From: Narcine bancroftii
Taxonomy: Eukaryota
Reading direction: 5' to 3'
DNA: 64,000 bases
Assembly: GCF_036971445.1 (NCBI RefSeq)
Contig: NC_091470.1
Coordinates: forward strand, 51,584,001 to 51,648,000
Shown: positions 24,786 through 38,064 of the stretch, piece after piece
Position numbering within the stretch: the stretch's first letter is position 1
How the letters are laid out: every line of letters starts with the position of its first letter
Position numbers and translations under genes: made by a program
Notes under the pieces: model-generated
The model's database searches: none
Seen by the model: only the letters and a program-made list of their open reading frames with translations
Told to the model about the DNA's origin: nothing

Positions 24786-25668
24786 CAAAAGGGCCATTGG
24801 ACTCATGTACTGTTTCCCTGGTGTTCTACTGAATACTAATTTTATAGCCAAAGGCAACGTAGTAACTAAGTGAGTAATACAAATATAAAAAACAAACACA
24901 TTCAACAGTATCTCATTACTATAATTTCTCTGTGTTAGGAGTGCACTGATATGTGCCATAAATTAATATGTTTTATATTGCAAAGATTTGCATTGCCTGC
25001 TGTGGATTAGTCATGCATTATGCTACATTCTTTAGCCTTGGGAATTGTCGAAACTATAGTAAAAACAATCTAGTTGTACACTAAGTAATAAGGGGAAAAT
25101 GGAAAGCAGCTGTCAAATATGCAGCATCAAAAACAAGTTTAAAAATTTGGGTGGCCCTTTGGCGCAGCCCACACGTATGTTGATGCACCATACCACAGAC
25201 TTTTAAGAGGAAAATTACTGTAGTTCCTTCTGTAGATTGTCCTTTATCTCAGTTGGGCATTTCTGGAATCAATGTCAAGATGTGTTTTCTCAAGGGAAAT
25301 GAAGCGCATCAGGAACATTTACCACTATTTTGTGCACCTTCTGTGCGGCCATGTAGCTCCAGAAAAGTAGCTCATCTCTTTCTATCCAACAGGTGAACTT
25401 TGGGGTTTGGAAGAAATAAAATAGCTTAAATTTTAAAAATGAAAATTTGAGTTGTTTTGTGTTCACAGAGCAACAGTTTTTCTAAAGCAAACACTGTGCT
25501 TATTTGAAGTTTATTTCAATTTTATGCAGGATTAATAGAAATTTCCATCTCGTACTCAAACCACAAGCTTGCGTAGTTTGTCTGATATTTATTTCAGTTT
25601 TCAAAATCTAACTTTTATGATGTAATTTACCCTAAATGGATCCATTTAAAATAGAATGTATTGTCAGT

Positions 25669-26052
25669 AGGCTTTTTCAGGTGCATTCTACGCTAAGAAC
25701 GCGCCTGAAGAGGCAGAAGCGGCCCTTTAAATTGCTTTTCAGGTGGCAGCATTTAAAGCGCAACGCTGACCACCTGAAGGACACAGCTGCACAGGATGCG
25801 GCTCCGAGCCCACTCCGACTCCTGCCCAGTGTCCGCTGTGATCAGCAGCCTGACCCTTGAACATCCGCTTTCAGCCAGCTGCATTCAGGTGGCTGGGGGA
25901 GCCACTGAACTGAGCCGATTATCCCTCTCGGAAGAGGGTTACGTCGCTCGCCTCAAGGGCGCCTCCAGCACATTCAGGTGGCCTCAAAACAGCTACATAT
26001 TGCCTCAACGTGCGGCTTTACATGCAGGGCAATTAGCCACCTGAAAGTGCCT
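25669..26052. mobile_element. MITE, possibly PIF/Harbinger-like
   Basis: 15-bp TIRs aggctttttcaggtg / cacctgaaagtgcct (2 mismatches). The ttcaggtgg motif is repeated internally. No clean TSD. Confidence 0.6.
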
Positions 26053-26385
26053 TCTGTTAACTTTTGTTATTAATTTTAATGTTTGCCACTAAATATTGCA
26101 GAAGACCCTGCAATAACCATTAGAAGAATGAATAAATTTATATTTATGCGCTCTCCTGTTATTTCCTCGAAGACTGGATGAGTGCAGTGATTAATTTGAA
26201 CTCTCAAAGGTTCCACAGATGGCAGATTAAATAAATGGACGATTAATTGTTTCAGGAGCAAGGGAAACTTTTTTCCATATTGCTTTGGGACACTCAGGAA
26301 TCTCTTGTAGCAGCAGAATAGGAAAAATTCACCTTACTCTGATAACCTGGAAACTACTCTGGTGATCTATTACTCCTTTTGCATT

Positions 26386-27163
26386 CTTCTTTGGCTTGGC
26401 TTCGCGGACGAAGATTTATGGAGGGGGTAAAAGTCCACGTCAGCTGTAGGCTCGTTTGTGGCTGACAAGTCCGATGCGGGACATGCAGACACGGTTGCAG
26501 CGGTTGCAGGGGAAAATTGGTGGGTTGGGGTTGGGTGTTGGGTTTTTCCTCCTTTGCCTTTTGTCAGTGAGGTGGGCTCTTCGGTCTTCTTCAAAGGAGG
26601 TTGCTGCCCGCCGAACTGTGAGGTGCCAAGATGCACGGTTTGAGGCGAGATCGGCCCACTGGCGGTGGTCAATGGGGCAGGCACCAAGAGATTTCTTTAG
26701 GCAGTCCTTGTACCTCTTCTTTGGTGCACCTCTGTCACGGTGGCCAGTGGAGAGCTCGCCATATAACACGATCTTGGGAAGGCGATGGTCCTCCATTCTG
26801 GAGACGTGACCCACCCAGCGCAGCTGGATCTTCAGCAGCGTGGACTCGATGCTGTCGACCTCTGCCATCTCGAGTACTTCGACGTTAGGGATGAAAGCGC
26901 TCCAGTGAATGTTGAGGATGGAGCGGAGACAACGCTGGTGGAAGCGTTCTAGGAGCTGTAGGTGATGCCAGTAGAGGACCCATGATTTGGAGCCGAACAG
27001 GAGTGTGGGTATGACAACGGCTCTGTATACGCTTATCTTTGTGAGGTTTTTCAGTTGGTTGTTTTTCCAGACTCTTTTGTGTAGTCTTCCGAAGGTGCTA
27101 TTTGCCTTGGCGAGTCTGTTGTCTATCTCGTTGTCGATCCTTGCATCTGATGAAATGGTGCAG
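26386..27163 (-). mobile_element. RTE (BovB-like) LINE, 5'-truncated, with TSD
   Basis: QLRWVGHVSRMEDHRLPKIVLYGEL...CNRCNRVCMSRIGLVSHKR. The 11-bp direct repeat ccttttgcatt flanks it at 26375-26385 and 27164-27174. Confidence 0.93.
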
Positions 27164-27260
27164 CCTTTTGCATTACAAAACAGTTAAATGTCGATTTAGA
27201 TTAGGTGGTTAATCCTAGCGTGGGATTGGAGCTCACAACATGCTGACTCAGAAACATATA

Positions 27261-27770
27261 CAGTATAACTCTGATTATCCGAAATGGTCAAAACCGGGCC
27301 TATTTCAGATAAACCATATTTTTGGATAACTGGTCATTTTTTGAAAACTGCCCAGTAGCAATAGCAAATCACTTGTAAGTGTTTAAACAACAACAAACAA
27401 CAAGGGAAGGCTTTTAAAGCATGAAATAATGTTTAATTCTCACCCAAAAACAACCTGAACAAAATCCAACACCAAAAACTCGAAATTACACTCAGAGGTT
27501 TTTTCCAAAATTCCAACATTTTTTCAACCTGTGACGTCAATTTGGCTTCGAAAAATTTCTGATTGCTTCGGATATCCTCATTTATCCAAAATTTTACAGA
27601 GGCAAAATAACGTCATTTTGACTTTTAAATTTTTTGGATAAATGAAGATTTCTGATTTTTCTGAAATCCTCAATCATCTGAATAAAAAATGTTTGGAGCT
27701 GAACAGACATCACTTCTGGATCCAAAATTTTTTGAATAACTGAGTATTTTGGATAATCAGATTTGTACCT
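27261..27770. mobile_element. Tc1/pogo-type MITE
   Basis: Imperfect TIRs cagtataactctgattatcc / ggataatcagatttgtacct with TA on both flanks. Internal ggataa/ttatcc repeats. Confidence 0.75.
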
Positions 27771-28689
27771 TATGTAAAACACTATTGAGTGAAACTAAAA
27801 TATATTTTCACTGTGAAGAATTTTTCCTCATTTTTTTTCCCAATTATCTTGGCATTTTTTTCAGTTCTAAAAAATTATAGACATCAAAATTGCTTTATGT
27901 TCTTTATAAATTGGACCTACAGGTAATTTAAAATTCTGCAACTCATTGGGTTGCAAATTTTTGTATCATATGCCCATTTTGAAATCATAGCCTGCAGATA
28001 AATGGTCGAGATTGTGAGAAGTAGAGATTATAGCAATTATTCAAATCCTATCCCTAACATCCAAACATAAGCTTCCAAAGTTGAAACTTGTCCTGGAAAA
28101 TTTATTATATATGTTGCACCTGGTATTTTGCTGTGTTTCACCTGGAGTTTTTCAGGTTTTGATGGGAATTTGGAAACATCCACAGTGACCAACACTGCCA
28201 TTTTTGCTGAGTTTTTGATGCACTTTGTGGATCAATAATGCCTCAAATTTGACACTGATCACAGCTTGGTTGATTAGTATCTGGAGAACATACAAGGTTC
28301 AGATGAAATGTGTTCAAGATTATTTACCTTGTCAATATTTCTTGTAAAGAATACTATCTGACTTTGTTCATTGTTCATCAGACAGTGTATTAAAATACAG
28401 GTGTTGCATTTTCTACCTGTGGAAAAGTTAATGAAAACATTGATGTATTTAATTTTTCTGCATCCTCCTTGTGTTACTGCCCTAAATGCATAGCCTTTGC
28501 ATTTTTGAACACAGTCATGAAAAATAAATAAGTTGCATTAAGTTGATTGAATTTGACACTTTTAACACCTTTTCAGAAAAAAGTAATGATAGTTATTGTA
28601 TAATACAGTTGATGTTTTAAAAATACTGGGGAAAATTCTGTCAGACAATAAAAATCTTAACATCTATACAACGAGTCATTATTAAAGTG

Positions 28690-30062
28690 CGTGTCAATCA
28701 ACGACTTGTATCAAAGAGTTCTCCTTCGAGTTATAAATTCGCACATTCCCATAGCGTGACCCACCCTATACAAGAACTGTGCAAGGCCATCAGGGATGTC
28801 AAGAGGCAGACTTAAGTCCCAGATGAACTTACTTGTGGCAGGGCATGAATGCCATCACAGGCTATTTAGCAGAATAACAGCTCATTCCTCCCAGATGAAC
28901 TCAGTGCTTTCTGTGCTTGCTTCGAGCATGAGACCAGCAAGCCAGTGGCACACACCTCTTCAATGTTGAGCACACCTGCACTCACAATCACTGCCATAGA
29001 TGTCAGGTCGGCCTTCCAGTGAGTGAACCCACAGAAAGTGACTAGATGAGATGGAGACCTAAGACCTGTCCTCCGTGCCTGCACAGACTAGCTGGCAGGA
29101 GTATTCACAGACATTTTGAGCTTCTCCCACAGGCTGAAGTATCCACCTGCTTCAAGAAGGTCACTGTCATCCCAATAGTGAAAAAGAAGAATGCTGTGAT
29201 GGGTCTACCGACTGGTGGCTCTAACATGTACCGTCATGAAGTACTTTGAAAGGTTGGTCAAGGGTTACATTAACTCCAGCCTACCAGCCACCCTTGACCC
29301 ACTCCATTTCACAATGCATCAAAACATGGCCACAGAAGGAAGATAGAAGGTTTGGTGTCAGGACAACAATGTCTCCCTCAATGTTAGCAAACCCAAGGAA
29401 CTGGTTATACACTTCCAGAAGAGGGGCAGAGCTCAATACCTGGTCCGCAAAAACAGTGATGAGTTGAAGATAGTAGACAACTTTTAAGACCCAAGGTGTA
29501 AAAATCTCCGCTGACTTGTCCTGGTCAACCCACATTGATACACTAGCCATGACCAAGGAAACTCACCAGTACCTCTGCTTCCTAAGAAGCCTGTGGAAAT
29601 GTGACATGTCATTTACATCCTTAATAACTTCTACAGAAGCACCATTGAACGTATCCTGTCAGAGCATATCACTGCATGGAACGGGAACTGCTCCACCCAA
29701 GTCCGTAAGAAACTCAGGCAATCACAAACAATACTCATCTCCTGCGTCGCCTCCATCTATAATTCTGCTGCTTTGGAAAAGCAGCCAACAACTTTAAAGA
29801 CTCATCCCACCCCAGCCACAGTGTCATCACTCTGCTCCCGTCAGGATTCACACACTACCAAATTCAAGGAAAGTTTAATTGCTGTCATTATCAGATTCCT
29901 GCATGAAACTCAAAATCGTAAAATGTTTGCTCTATACCATCTCATTTGTCTCTGTACTGTCTTATTGTTGTACTATGTATGAGATGTCCAGCTGAATTGC
30001 TTGCAAAACACATTTTGTCACTGCATCTTGATACAAATGACAATATACTTGAACTTGACTTG
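28690..30062 (+). mobile_element. Rex1/Babar LINE, decayed and internally deleted
   Basis: EVSTCFKKVTVIPIVKK, WCQDNNVSLNVSKPKELV and LSWSTHIDT...HQYLCFLRSL, ending in a cttgaacttgacttg tail. Confidence 0.8.
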
Positions 30063-30084
30063 TCTAAGCCACATATTTTAAATT

Positions 30085-30295
30085 TAAAATTTAGACATAC
30101 AGCATGGTCACCCTTTCGCCCCACAAGCCTGTGCCGCCCAGTTAGACCCAATTGACTCACAACACCGGTACATTTTTGAAGGGTGTGAGGAAACCCATGC
30201 AGACAAGGGGAGAACGTACAAATTCCTTAAAAATAGCACTCGATTTGAATCCCAGTCACTGGCACTGTAACAGCGTGACACTAACCACAACACTG
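30085..30295 (-). mobile_element. tRNA-derived SINE
   Basis: B-box-like gggattcaaatc on the - strand; body shared with 35115 and 40027. Confidence 0.7.
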
Positions 30296-31539
30296 ACTCT
30301 GCTGTCCTTTGTATTGTTGTTTTTGGGAAGTTGCCGCATTTGCCCATTAAAAGCCCCACAGAAATTTAATTCTGTTTATTAAATTTTTGATATCTATATT
30401 ACAACTGGGAAGCAATCATTTTCAAGTTTGGAATTTAAATTTTAAATCATAGAAATTGCTGGAAATCCTCAGCAATTCAGGAAGCATCTGTGGAAAGAGA
30501 AACAGTTAATACCTCAGGTCCCATACCCTCATTAGAACAGGAAGAGAGAGGTTAAAAAAAAACGAGGTTGTTTCAGGGAACAGTGAGAATTGGAACAAAT
30601 AGAAAAACACAGCCCTTCTCACAGCTGTACATGTGAGCTTTGGAGGTTTATGTAGTGGTGATTGAAGTAGCACTGAGCCCAGCATTTCGTGTGGGCTTGT
30701 CACACTACAAGCATAGTAATGTGCTCTCATTTCCATTGTGCTTTCTACCAGATCAAATAGGGACAAGCTGGTCTTTTACTGTCACCATTGAGTTTCCCAC
30801 CAAGGAATCGTTAACTGCAGGTTAAATTAGACCCGTGACACTGGGAAATTGTTTACCACTTGATGTGATCAAAATGTAAAAAAGACCTAATACTGAGTTT
30901 GTTTTCTTTCAATTAAAGAAATGCATGTAAAGTGTTCATATTGAATTTCCACAGATTTCTTTTGATTTTGTGGTTTTGTGTTTATTGTGCTTGCTTACCT
31001 TTGATGCTTCTGGTCAAAATTAATCACTGAATGTATTTCATTTGTGATGTTCCAATGTCTGTTTACCGTAATATTTTTAAATCTGTGTGTTATTCCTGCT
31101 AGGTTTGTTCCACTCTTACGGTGTCTTAGCATTAAACTGGCAATTGTGTGAAATGTTCTTGATTATAACCATGGAGCTTATGAATCTGAACAATGAATGG
31201 TAGCAATGTAAAAACTTCTTCACATGAAAAAGAATATGCCAAAGCTCAATCTTTGAAGTATGTTGGCACAGATCATCCTGAGGTGTGTCAGCAGTTCTTC
31301 ATTGATCCCCCTGGCCTCTTGCAACATTAACTATTTGAAAGTTGAAAAGTTAAGCCAAAGAATGTGCAAATGTTGAAGTCTTGAACAGCTTAACTATCAT
31401 ACAATGTTTGACTCCTCAGGGAGTATTGATATCCTGCTCTGGAACATCTGCCCACTGAACTAGTGTCATTTTGGACCTGGGGCAGATTCAGTGTCTCTGT
31501 CTGGATTCATTTCATGGGAGATGGACAGCTGTGAGGAAG

Positions 31540-32110
31540 AAAAGAAAGTTGCAGGCCATTTACACCTTGCATAAATTGATCTAAATTGTATTTATGGTTA
31601 ATCGTTTTTAATGTCTCTTTTATAATGGTATGATGAATTTTGAATGTTTTTGGGTAGTAGAAGCATTGATTAGCATTTGAATTGTTCAACAGTTCTGACA
31701 GACTTGAGAACCAGTCAAACGTTCTTTGTTCAAACCCCATTATGTGATATTGTTTTGGCCTGAAGGTCCCTTTGCTGTTCAGTGGACTCCAGTCAAGTGG
31801 CTGCCACCAGACCATCCACTCCAGCTAAATACAGATCCAATGGCATTGATGGGAGCTCATACAGCTGGAAAATTCTCAGAAATGAAGCAGCTTATCTGAA
31901 ATGATGTTAATCTTTTTACTCTGTTCCTATTTTTAACTGATTGTTTTATCCTTTCTAACTGGCATGATTAAATTGATAATCTGATGGCAGTTTATCTCAT
32001 GTCAAGAATCGCTGAACAGTCCACCAAACCATTGAACATGAGTTTGTTTATTACATTTATTATTTGGATTAGGTCCATGGCATTAATTAAAGCAGTATTG
32101 GGTATATTAT
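31540..32110. promoter_or_regulatory. Candidate conserved non-coding element
   Basis: Repeat-free, with Hox/Pbx-like motifs (tgattaaattgat, tttatgg, ttgattag) and TGACAG. Inference only. Confidence 0.3.
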
Positions 32111-32754
32111 TGGGCATGGTTCTCTTTCAATTGGCATAAGTTGAACTTGTTGTGGCTCATGTTTATAAGGTAGATAAGGATAGAGGTTTCAATCGATTTT
32201 TCTGGGTTTTTTTTTAGGGATGCAGAATCTACAGTAACTTACCTAAAAAAAAGTCCTGACTGTATCCAAAGACATTTACACCTATTTTTAAAAGTTGATT
32301 TTATAACTTTTAGGTTAATGTCCTTTGACATTGCTGTCTGAGTCAAAGGCTTTGAAGGAACTCCAGTATAATGCCGATTTAAATATCTAGGAAATTTGAT
32401 ATATCAGCATTGGGGATGGTGCTGAGACAGGGAGCATTGAGAAGGGTTCAGTGCAAGGAAAAATGTTAGCATTAGACTGGGTTAATGTCCTGGGCTGGGA
32501 GACTCAAGAGATAAGAGGGAATGCTTGGCTGTGGGTGGTATGTGGCAATGTTAGACTGTGGAAAAGAGATTATGGAGAAGGAAGAAGCCCAAATAAATGT
32601 TAGAAAGCAGCTGCTGGCTCCTTATGTACCACTAGAAAGCCTCTGCAGCACCTGTTTTCACCATTCACTTTCTGTTGACCTACCTGTAATTCCTCTGAAT
32701 CTAATTGGTGCAGCATTATAGGTTATCAATCATTCTTTCCTTCAAATACTTAGT

Positions 32755-34360
32755 CAGTTCAGATATATTGTCAGAGTTAATACATGAAATCACATACCAC
32801 CCTGAGATTCTTTTTCCTACAGGCCAGACAGAATTTCTACTTAATGGCAGTGCAAATAAATTTTACTCAAGAAAAGATATGTATACAAAAGTGAGAAATG
32901 TAAACAAAGATAGAAATGTAAACAAATTGTGTAATACAGGAAAAAAATTCAGAAATAATGTGCTAAGTAAGAGTCCTTAAATGAGTCTCTGATTGAGTTT
33001 GATGTTTAGGAGTCTGATGGTGGAGGGGGAGCAGCTGTACCTGAACCCTGTGGCACCTATTACCTCTTTCTTGATGGCAGCAGTGAGAACAGAGCACGTC
33101 CTGGATGGTGTAGATACTTGATGATTGCTGCTGCTCTCCAATGGCAGCATTTCATGTGGATTTACTCAATGGTGGGGAGAGTTTTGCCTGTGATGTACTG
33201 GGCTTTCCGCTCAGAGATATTGGTGCCCAGCATGCCACTCTACATCTGTAGATGATTGCCAAGGTTTCCGATGTCATACCAAACCTGTGTAAATTCCTGA
33301 GGAAGTAGAGGTGCTGACATGCTTTCTTCACGATGACATTAGTATGTTGGGTCCAGAACGCGTCCTCCAAGGAAGTGACTCCTAGCAATTTAAATTTGCT
33401 TACTCTCTCTACCTCTGATCCCCCAATAATCACTGGATCGTACATCTCTGGTTTTCACTTCCTACAGTCTACAATTGGCTCCTCAATTTTCATGACATTG
33501 AGTGCAAGATTGTTAGTACACCATTCATCCAATTTTTCAATCTCCCTCCAGCGTGCTGACTCATCGCCCTTTTTTATCCAATACACCACTGTGGTATCAT
33601 CAACAAATTTGTAGATTGTGCTACTGTTATACAGAGACACACAGTCATAGGTGTAAAGTGAGTTGAGCAGGGGGCTAGGTACACAGCCCTTTGGTGCTCC
33701 AAAACTGATGGAGGTTGTGGAGGAGATGTTCTTTCCAATCCACACTGATTGAGGTATGAAGGTGAGAAAATTCAGGATCCAATTACATAGTGAGTTATTG
33801 AGGCACATGTCTTGGGGGTGGCTGATCAATTTTGAAGGGATGATGATGCTGAATGCCGAATTGTAGTCGCTAAAGAGCATCCTGATATATGCGTCTTTGC
33901 TGTCCAAGCATTCCAGGGTTTTTTGTATAGACTGTGAAATGGCATGATGGTGTGGTAGGCAAATTGGAATGGATCCACGACATCGCTAAGACAAGAGCTG
34001 ATATGCTTCAACGCCAGCCTCTCAAAAAACTGTGGATGTGAGTGCCACTGATCAGTAGTCATTTAGACAGGTTAAAACACTCTTCTTGGTCACTGCTACG
34101 ATTAAGGCCTGTTTGAAACTGCTGGAGTGAAATGTTGAAGATAACCGTGAATACATTGGCCACTTAGTCAGCACAGGTTTTCATTACTCAGTCTGGACTG
34201 GATGCTTTCTTTGGGATTCACTCTCCTGAAGGCACCCTGGACATCATCTTCAGATACTGACGGTAGAGGATGATCAAGCGAGATGGGTGTACACAGTGGT
34301 CTTTTCTTGTCCTAGTGGTCAAATTAGGCATAGAAGGGATCAAGTTCATCTGGGAGTGAA
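32755..34360 (-). mobile_element. Rex1/Babar LINE RT and 3' UTR
   Basis: DAYIRMLFSDYNSAFSII, GAPKGCVPSPLL, YKFVDDTTVV and VERVSKFKLLGV...KKACQHLYFLRNL. Confidence 0.92.
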
Positions 34361-35114
34361 GCTTTGCATCTTTTACTATTTTCAATGGGCATCACTTTTA
34401 TATAAATAAATAAAACTGCCCCATTAAATATTCTAAGAATCTTACCTTGAAAGTTACCTTTGTAGCCCAAAGACATCTGTTTTTTTGCAGAAACCAAGTT
34501 TTAACGTTTTTAGTTAGAGATGAGGAGAGAAATCTGAAAGATTAATATAGATATTACTGAACATTGTGATTTAAATTCATCATTCTTCTATGCTTGAATC
34601 CACTGAGCAAAGAAAACCACTTTTTATGCTAACTGGAAATCACCTATAAAGTTAACCACAGGTGTTGGCATCTTTGAGATTAAAAATTGAAAAAGAACAG
34701 CTGGCAATTCCAAATGTGACAAAAGTAAGATTTTTATTTGCTTTGAGGTTCTTTTTGAACAAGGAAAGAATCTTAAATCTCACACCCACTTGTAATCAAA
34801 TTGAAAAAATAATAAACGAATGGACTTGAAAAGAAAAGGAACAATTCAATAAAGCTGCTTGCTGGTTCTTTTATGAATATTGGAGAATCTTGATGCTTAC
34901 TCTCCATTGGTTTTTGGCAAGTAAATTGGTTACAGCTCAACGTATCATATTATATTTGCCTTATGTTACCATCTGATGACTTGTACATCTTTCACATATG
35001 CAATGCCTTTAACATGGAAAAGTGTTTCATGATGCTTCTCAGAAGTGTAGGCAAACAAAATCGGGCATTGGTCATAATAATGCAATATTTGGAGGTGTGA
35101 CTAAACTATTTTTT

Positions 35115-35348
35115 AAAACTTCAGACATCCAGCACAGTAACAGGCCATTTCAGCCTGTGCCGCCCAATTAACCTACAACCCCCCCAATTCGTTTCGAATG
35201 GTGGAATGAAACCAAAGCCCCTGGGGAAAACACACACAGATATGGGGAAAATGTACCAACTCCTTACAGACAACAAAGGATTCGAACCCCGGACCTGGTC
35301 GTTGGTGCTGTAACAGCATTGTTCTAATCGCTACATAACTGTGCCACC
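35115..35348 (-). mobile_element. tRNA-derived SINE with Pol III A and B boxes
   Basis: The - strand has an A box (tggcacagtta, ~35346) and a B box (gggttcgaatcc, ~35278-35289). Confidence 0.75.
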
Positions 35349-35351
35349 CTG

Positions 35352-35945
35352 CTTGTAAAAGAGTGTGTACAGGACCCTGGCCCAGGAATATTGCGTCCAG
35401 TTCTGGTCCCCAAATTTGAGGAAGGACATACTCGCTATAGAGGGAGTGCAGAGCAGATTTACAAGGTTGGTTCCCAGGATGGCAGGATTGACATACGCTG
35501 AAAGGTTAGAAAGAATGGGCTTATATGCGATGGAGTTTAGAAGGACGAGGGGAGACATTGATTGAGGTATATAAGATTATCAAGGGGCTAGACAGGGTGA
35601 ATTCGGATTACATGTTCCCAATGATGGGAGAGACTAGGACTAGAGGGTATAGTTTAAGAATACAGGGAAGGCCCTTGAGGACGGAGATGAGGAGAAATTT
35701 TTTTTACCCAGAGAAATGAGGATCTGTGGAATGCTTTGCCGCAGAGGGTGGTAGGAGCAGATTCACTGATATGTTCAAAAGGGTGTTAGATAAGGCTCTT
35801 GTGGGCAGGGGAGTTAAGGGTTATGGGGATAAGGCAGGGAATGGATACTGACAGAGAATGATCAACCATGATCTGAAAAATGTGGTGCTGGCTCGACAGG
35901 CCAATTGGCCTACTCCAGCACCTACTGTCTATTGACTATTGAATG
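35352..35945 (+). mobile_element. CR1 LINE 3' fragment
   Basis: EYCVQFWSPNLRKDILAIEGVQSRFTRLVP and ETRTRGYSLRIQG...MRRNFF, with a ctattg tandem tail. Confidence 0.9.
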
Positions 35946-36289
35946 TCTTGGAAGAAGTGAAGTTGCAAGGGGTTCTGGGAATAACTATGGGTCAAAAAAC
36001 CTAACCAATTTTCTTTAGACAAGCCTTCATTCTATTTTTGTGTAGTCCATGTAAAACTCAGCCAGTATTATTATAGTTCACACTTACCCATCATGCCTGT
36101 TGCAGGGTAGAGGTGCAGGGGTCCATGCTGTGAGATTTGAGGGTGGGTGGGTTATAAATAAGAAGTAAATTACATATAAAGGGCCAGATACACACAATAA
36201 GGGATTGAAACAATACTTAAACAGAGGGGGAGTTTGGGACCAGGAGTTAATCTAGTTCAACAAGGATATAGTCAGAGCAGAGCTCTGAA

Positions 36290-36870
36290 GATAAAAGCAC
36301 AGAAGTAGACCCATTGGGCAACTTAATCCATGCTATCAAACATGTTCTATTCCACTGATCCTATCCCAACCCAATTTATCCTTCCCATATTCCCATCAAG
36401 TTCCCCCATATTTTACCATGCACCTATACGTAAATACAATTCATAGTGACTAATTCAGCTACCAACCTGCACAATTTTAGCCTGTGGGAGGAGAGCAGAG
36501 CACCTGAAGGTTACCAATGTGACCACAGGGAGATCGTGAGCACTCCATACAGATGACACCAGAGGTGTTGATATTTGTTAATAGCAATGATGGGTGAATA
36601 TGAGAATTATACTTGAGACAGTACTCAATGAATGTGTGAAGATTGCATGTACTCCTTGGGGCCTTCAGTTTCCTCCCACATCCCAAAGATATGCAGGTTG
36701 TTTGGCAGCTGAAAATTGTTCCTCAGTAGAATCTTGAAGGGAGGAGGCAGCTTGATGAGAATGTGGGGAGAGTAAAATAGGATCTGTGTAAGATTAGTAT
36801 AAATGAACGATTGATGGTCCATGCAGACTCAAAAGGTCTGCTTCTGTGCTGTACCTCTCTGTGATACCTT
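36290..36870. mobile_element. Two oppositely oriented SINE relics
   Basis: accaacctgcac...gtgggaggagagcagagcacc (- strand) and cagtttcctcccacatcccaaagatatgcaggtt (+ strand) are inverse copies of one SINE core. Confidence 0.55.
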
Positions 36871-36984
36871 GACTGCCTGTTCCAAGTTTTGGTAACACTA
36901 GCAGAGATTTTCCTTGGGTAGCACAGCAGTAGAGTAGAAAGTTAGCTTGTAATCCAGTGTAGAATACTGGATTAATCATCAGCC

Positions 36985-37735
36985 CCAGCCTTTGACCCGA
37001 ACACTGACCCTGGCTGCCAACCTGATGGAGCTCCCAACACCCCATCTGCCAACTCCAACCAAGGCCCATACCACCTACTCACCGAAACTCCTGACACTTT
37101 GACCACCGACTCCAGTGTTGACCCAGTTCGCCTACCTGCAGGAGATCCCAATGCTGATGCCTCCAACTCCCACCTGAGCCTTGGCCACCTTCGGGCTGGA
37201 ACTCCCAAACTCCCACACTGACTTCAACCATATGGCACCCAACATAGACTCCTACTGTAGTCATGATCTTGCTTGATCCCACGCACTCATCCCCCCCTAA
37301 CTACTACTTACCTATCCCTCTACACCTCTCCCTACTCCACCTCCATCTCCCCTCTCTGCCCCCCTCTTCTCCTCAACCCCTCCATCTCCCCCCCCCCTCT
37401 CTCTGGTTACCCCCTACCCTCCTCCTCCCCCTCTGGACTCCCCCACCTCCCCCTTGACCGCCCTTTGACACCCCACACCCCCACCTTCCCCTCTCTGAGA
37501 CTGAGCATTCAGTCCTCAGCAGAGGCCTTAGCTTCATCCCCCTCCATCCACACCTTAATGATTTCCTTGCACGCCGCTAAGCCAAACTCTTCTTCCATCG
37601 CCTCTGCCTCCAGGCTCATTTCCACCCACCCCCCACCCCCCCAACCCTAGACCTTTTCTCCTGCTTTAAGCCTCTTTCTCCTCCTGGACACCTCATCCTG
37701 GCCAACTGCCCACTCTGGACCTTTTTATTTCAAGA
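36985..37735 (+). mobile_element. Penelope-like element internal fragment with C-rich low-complexity tract
   Basis: From ~37495 it reads TEHSVLSRGLSFIPLHPHLNDF...LFFHRLCLQAHF, resembling the conserved pre-RT Penelope segment (LSKGL-x-F-x-P). Confidence 0.65.
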
Positions 37736-38064
37736 AAAGAAATGAGAAGAGCAAAGGATGAAAAGCAAGTGGAAAGATTTGTGGTTGTGATGTGTTCCTA
37801 GATGATTAGTTACAAAGATCGTCCATAGATGATAATGGAGAAGTTGGAAAAATGTGGGTCTAGAGGAGCTGTACATATCTCCAGCAGAACCATCGGGGAC
37901 ACCTGCTGCCTTAAAAAAAAAGAAATAGGAAGATCAGAATGTGTTGAAATCAATGTTAAAAGTTGTAATTCCATAGGCAGAAACTTCTATCTGCTATTAC
38001 CTTGAGACGATTGTGGTACATTGTCAGCTAAGCTGATAATTGAGCATTGTACCAACAAAGGTAT

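Noticed and set aside
37263-37650. Pro/Leu/Ser-rich ORFs
   Set aside because: They come from a C-rich low-complexity tract of a Penelope fragment.
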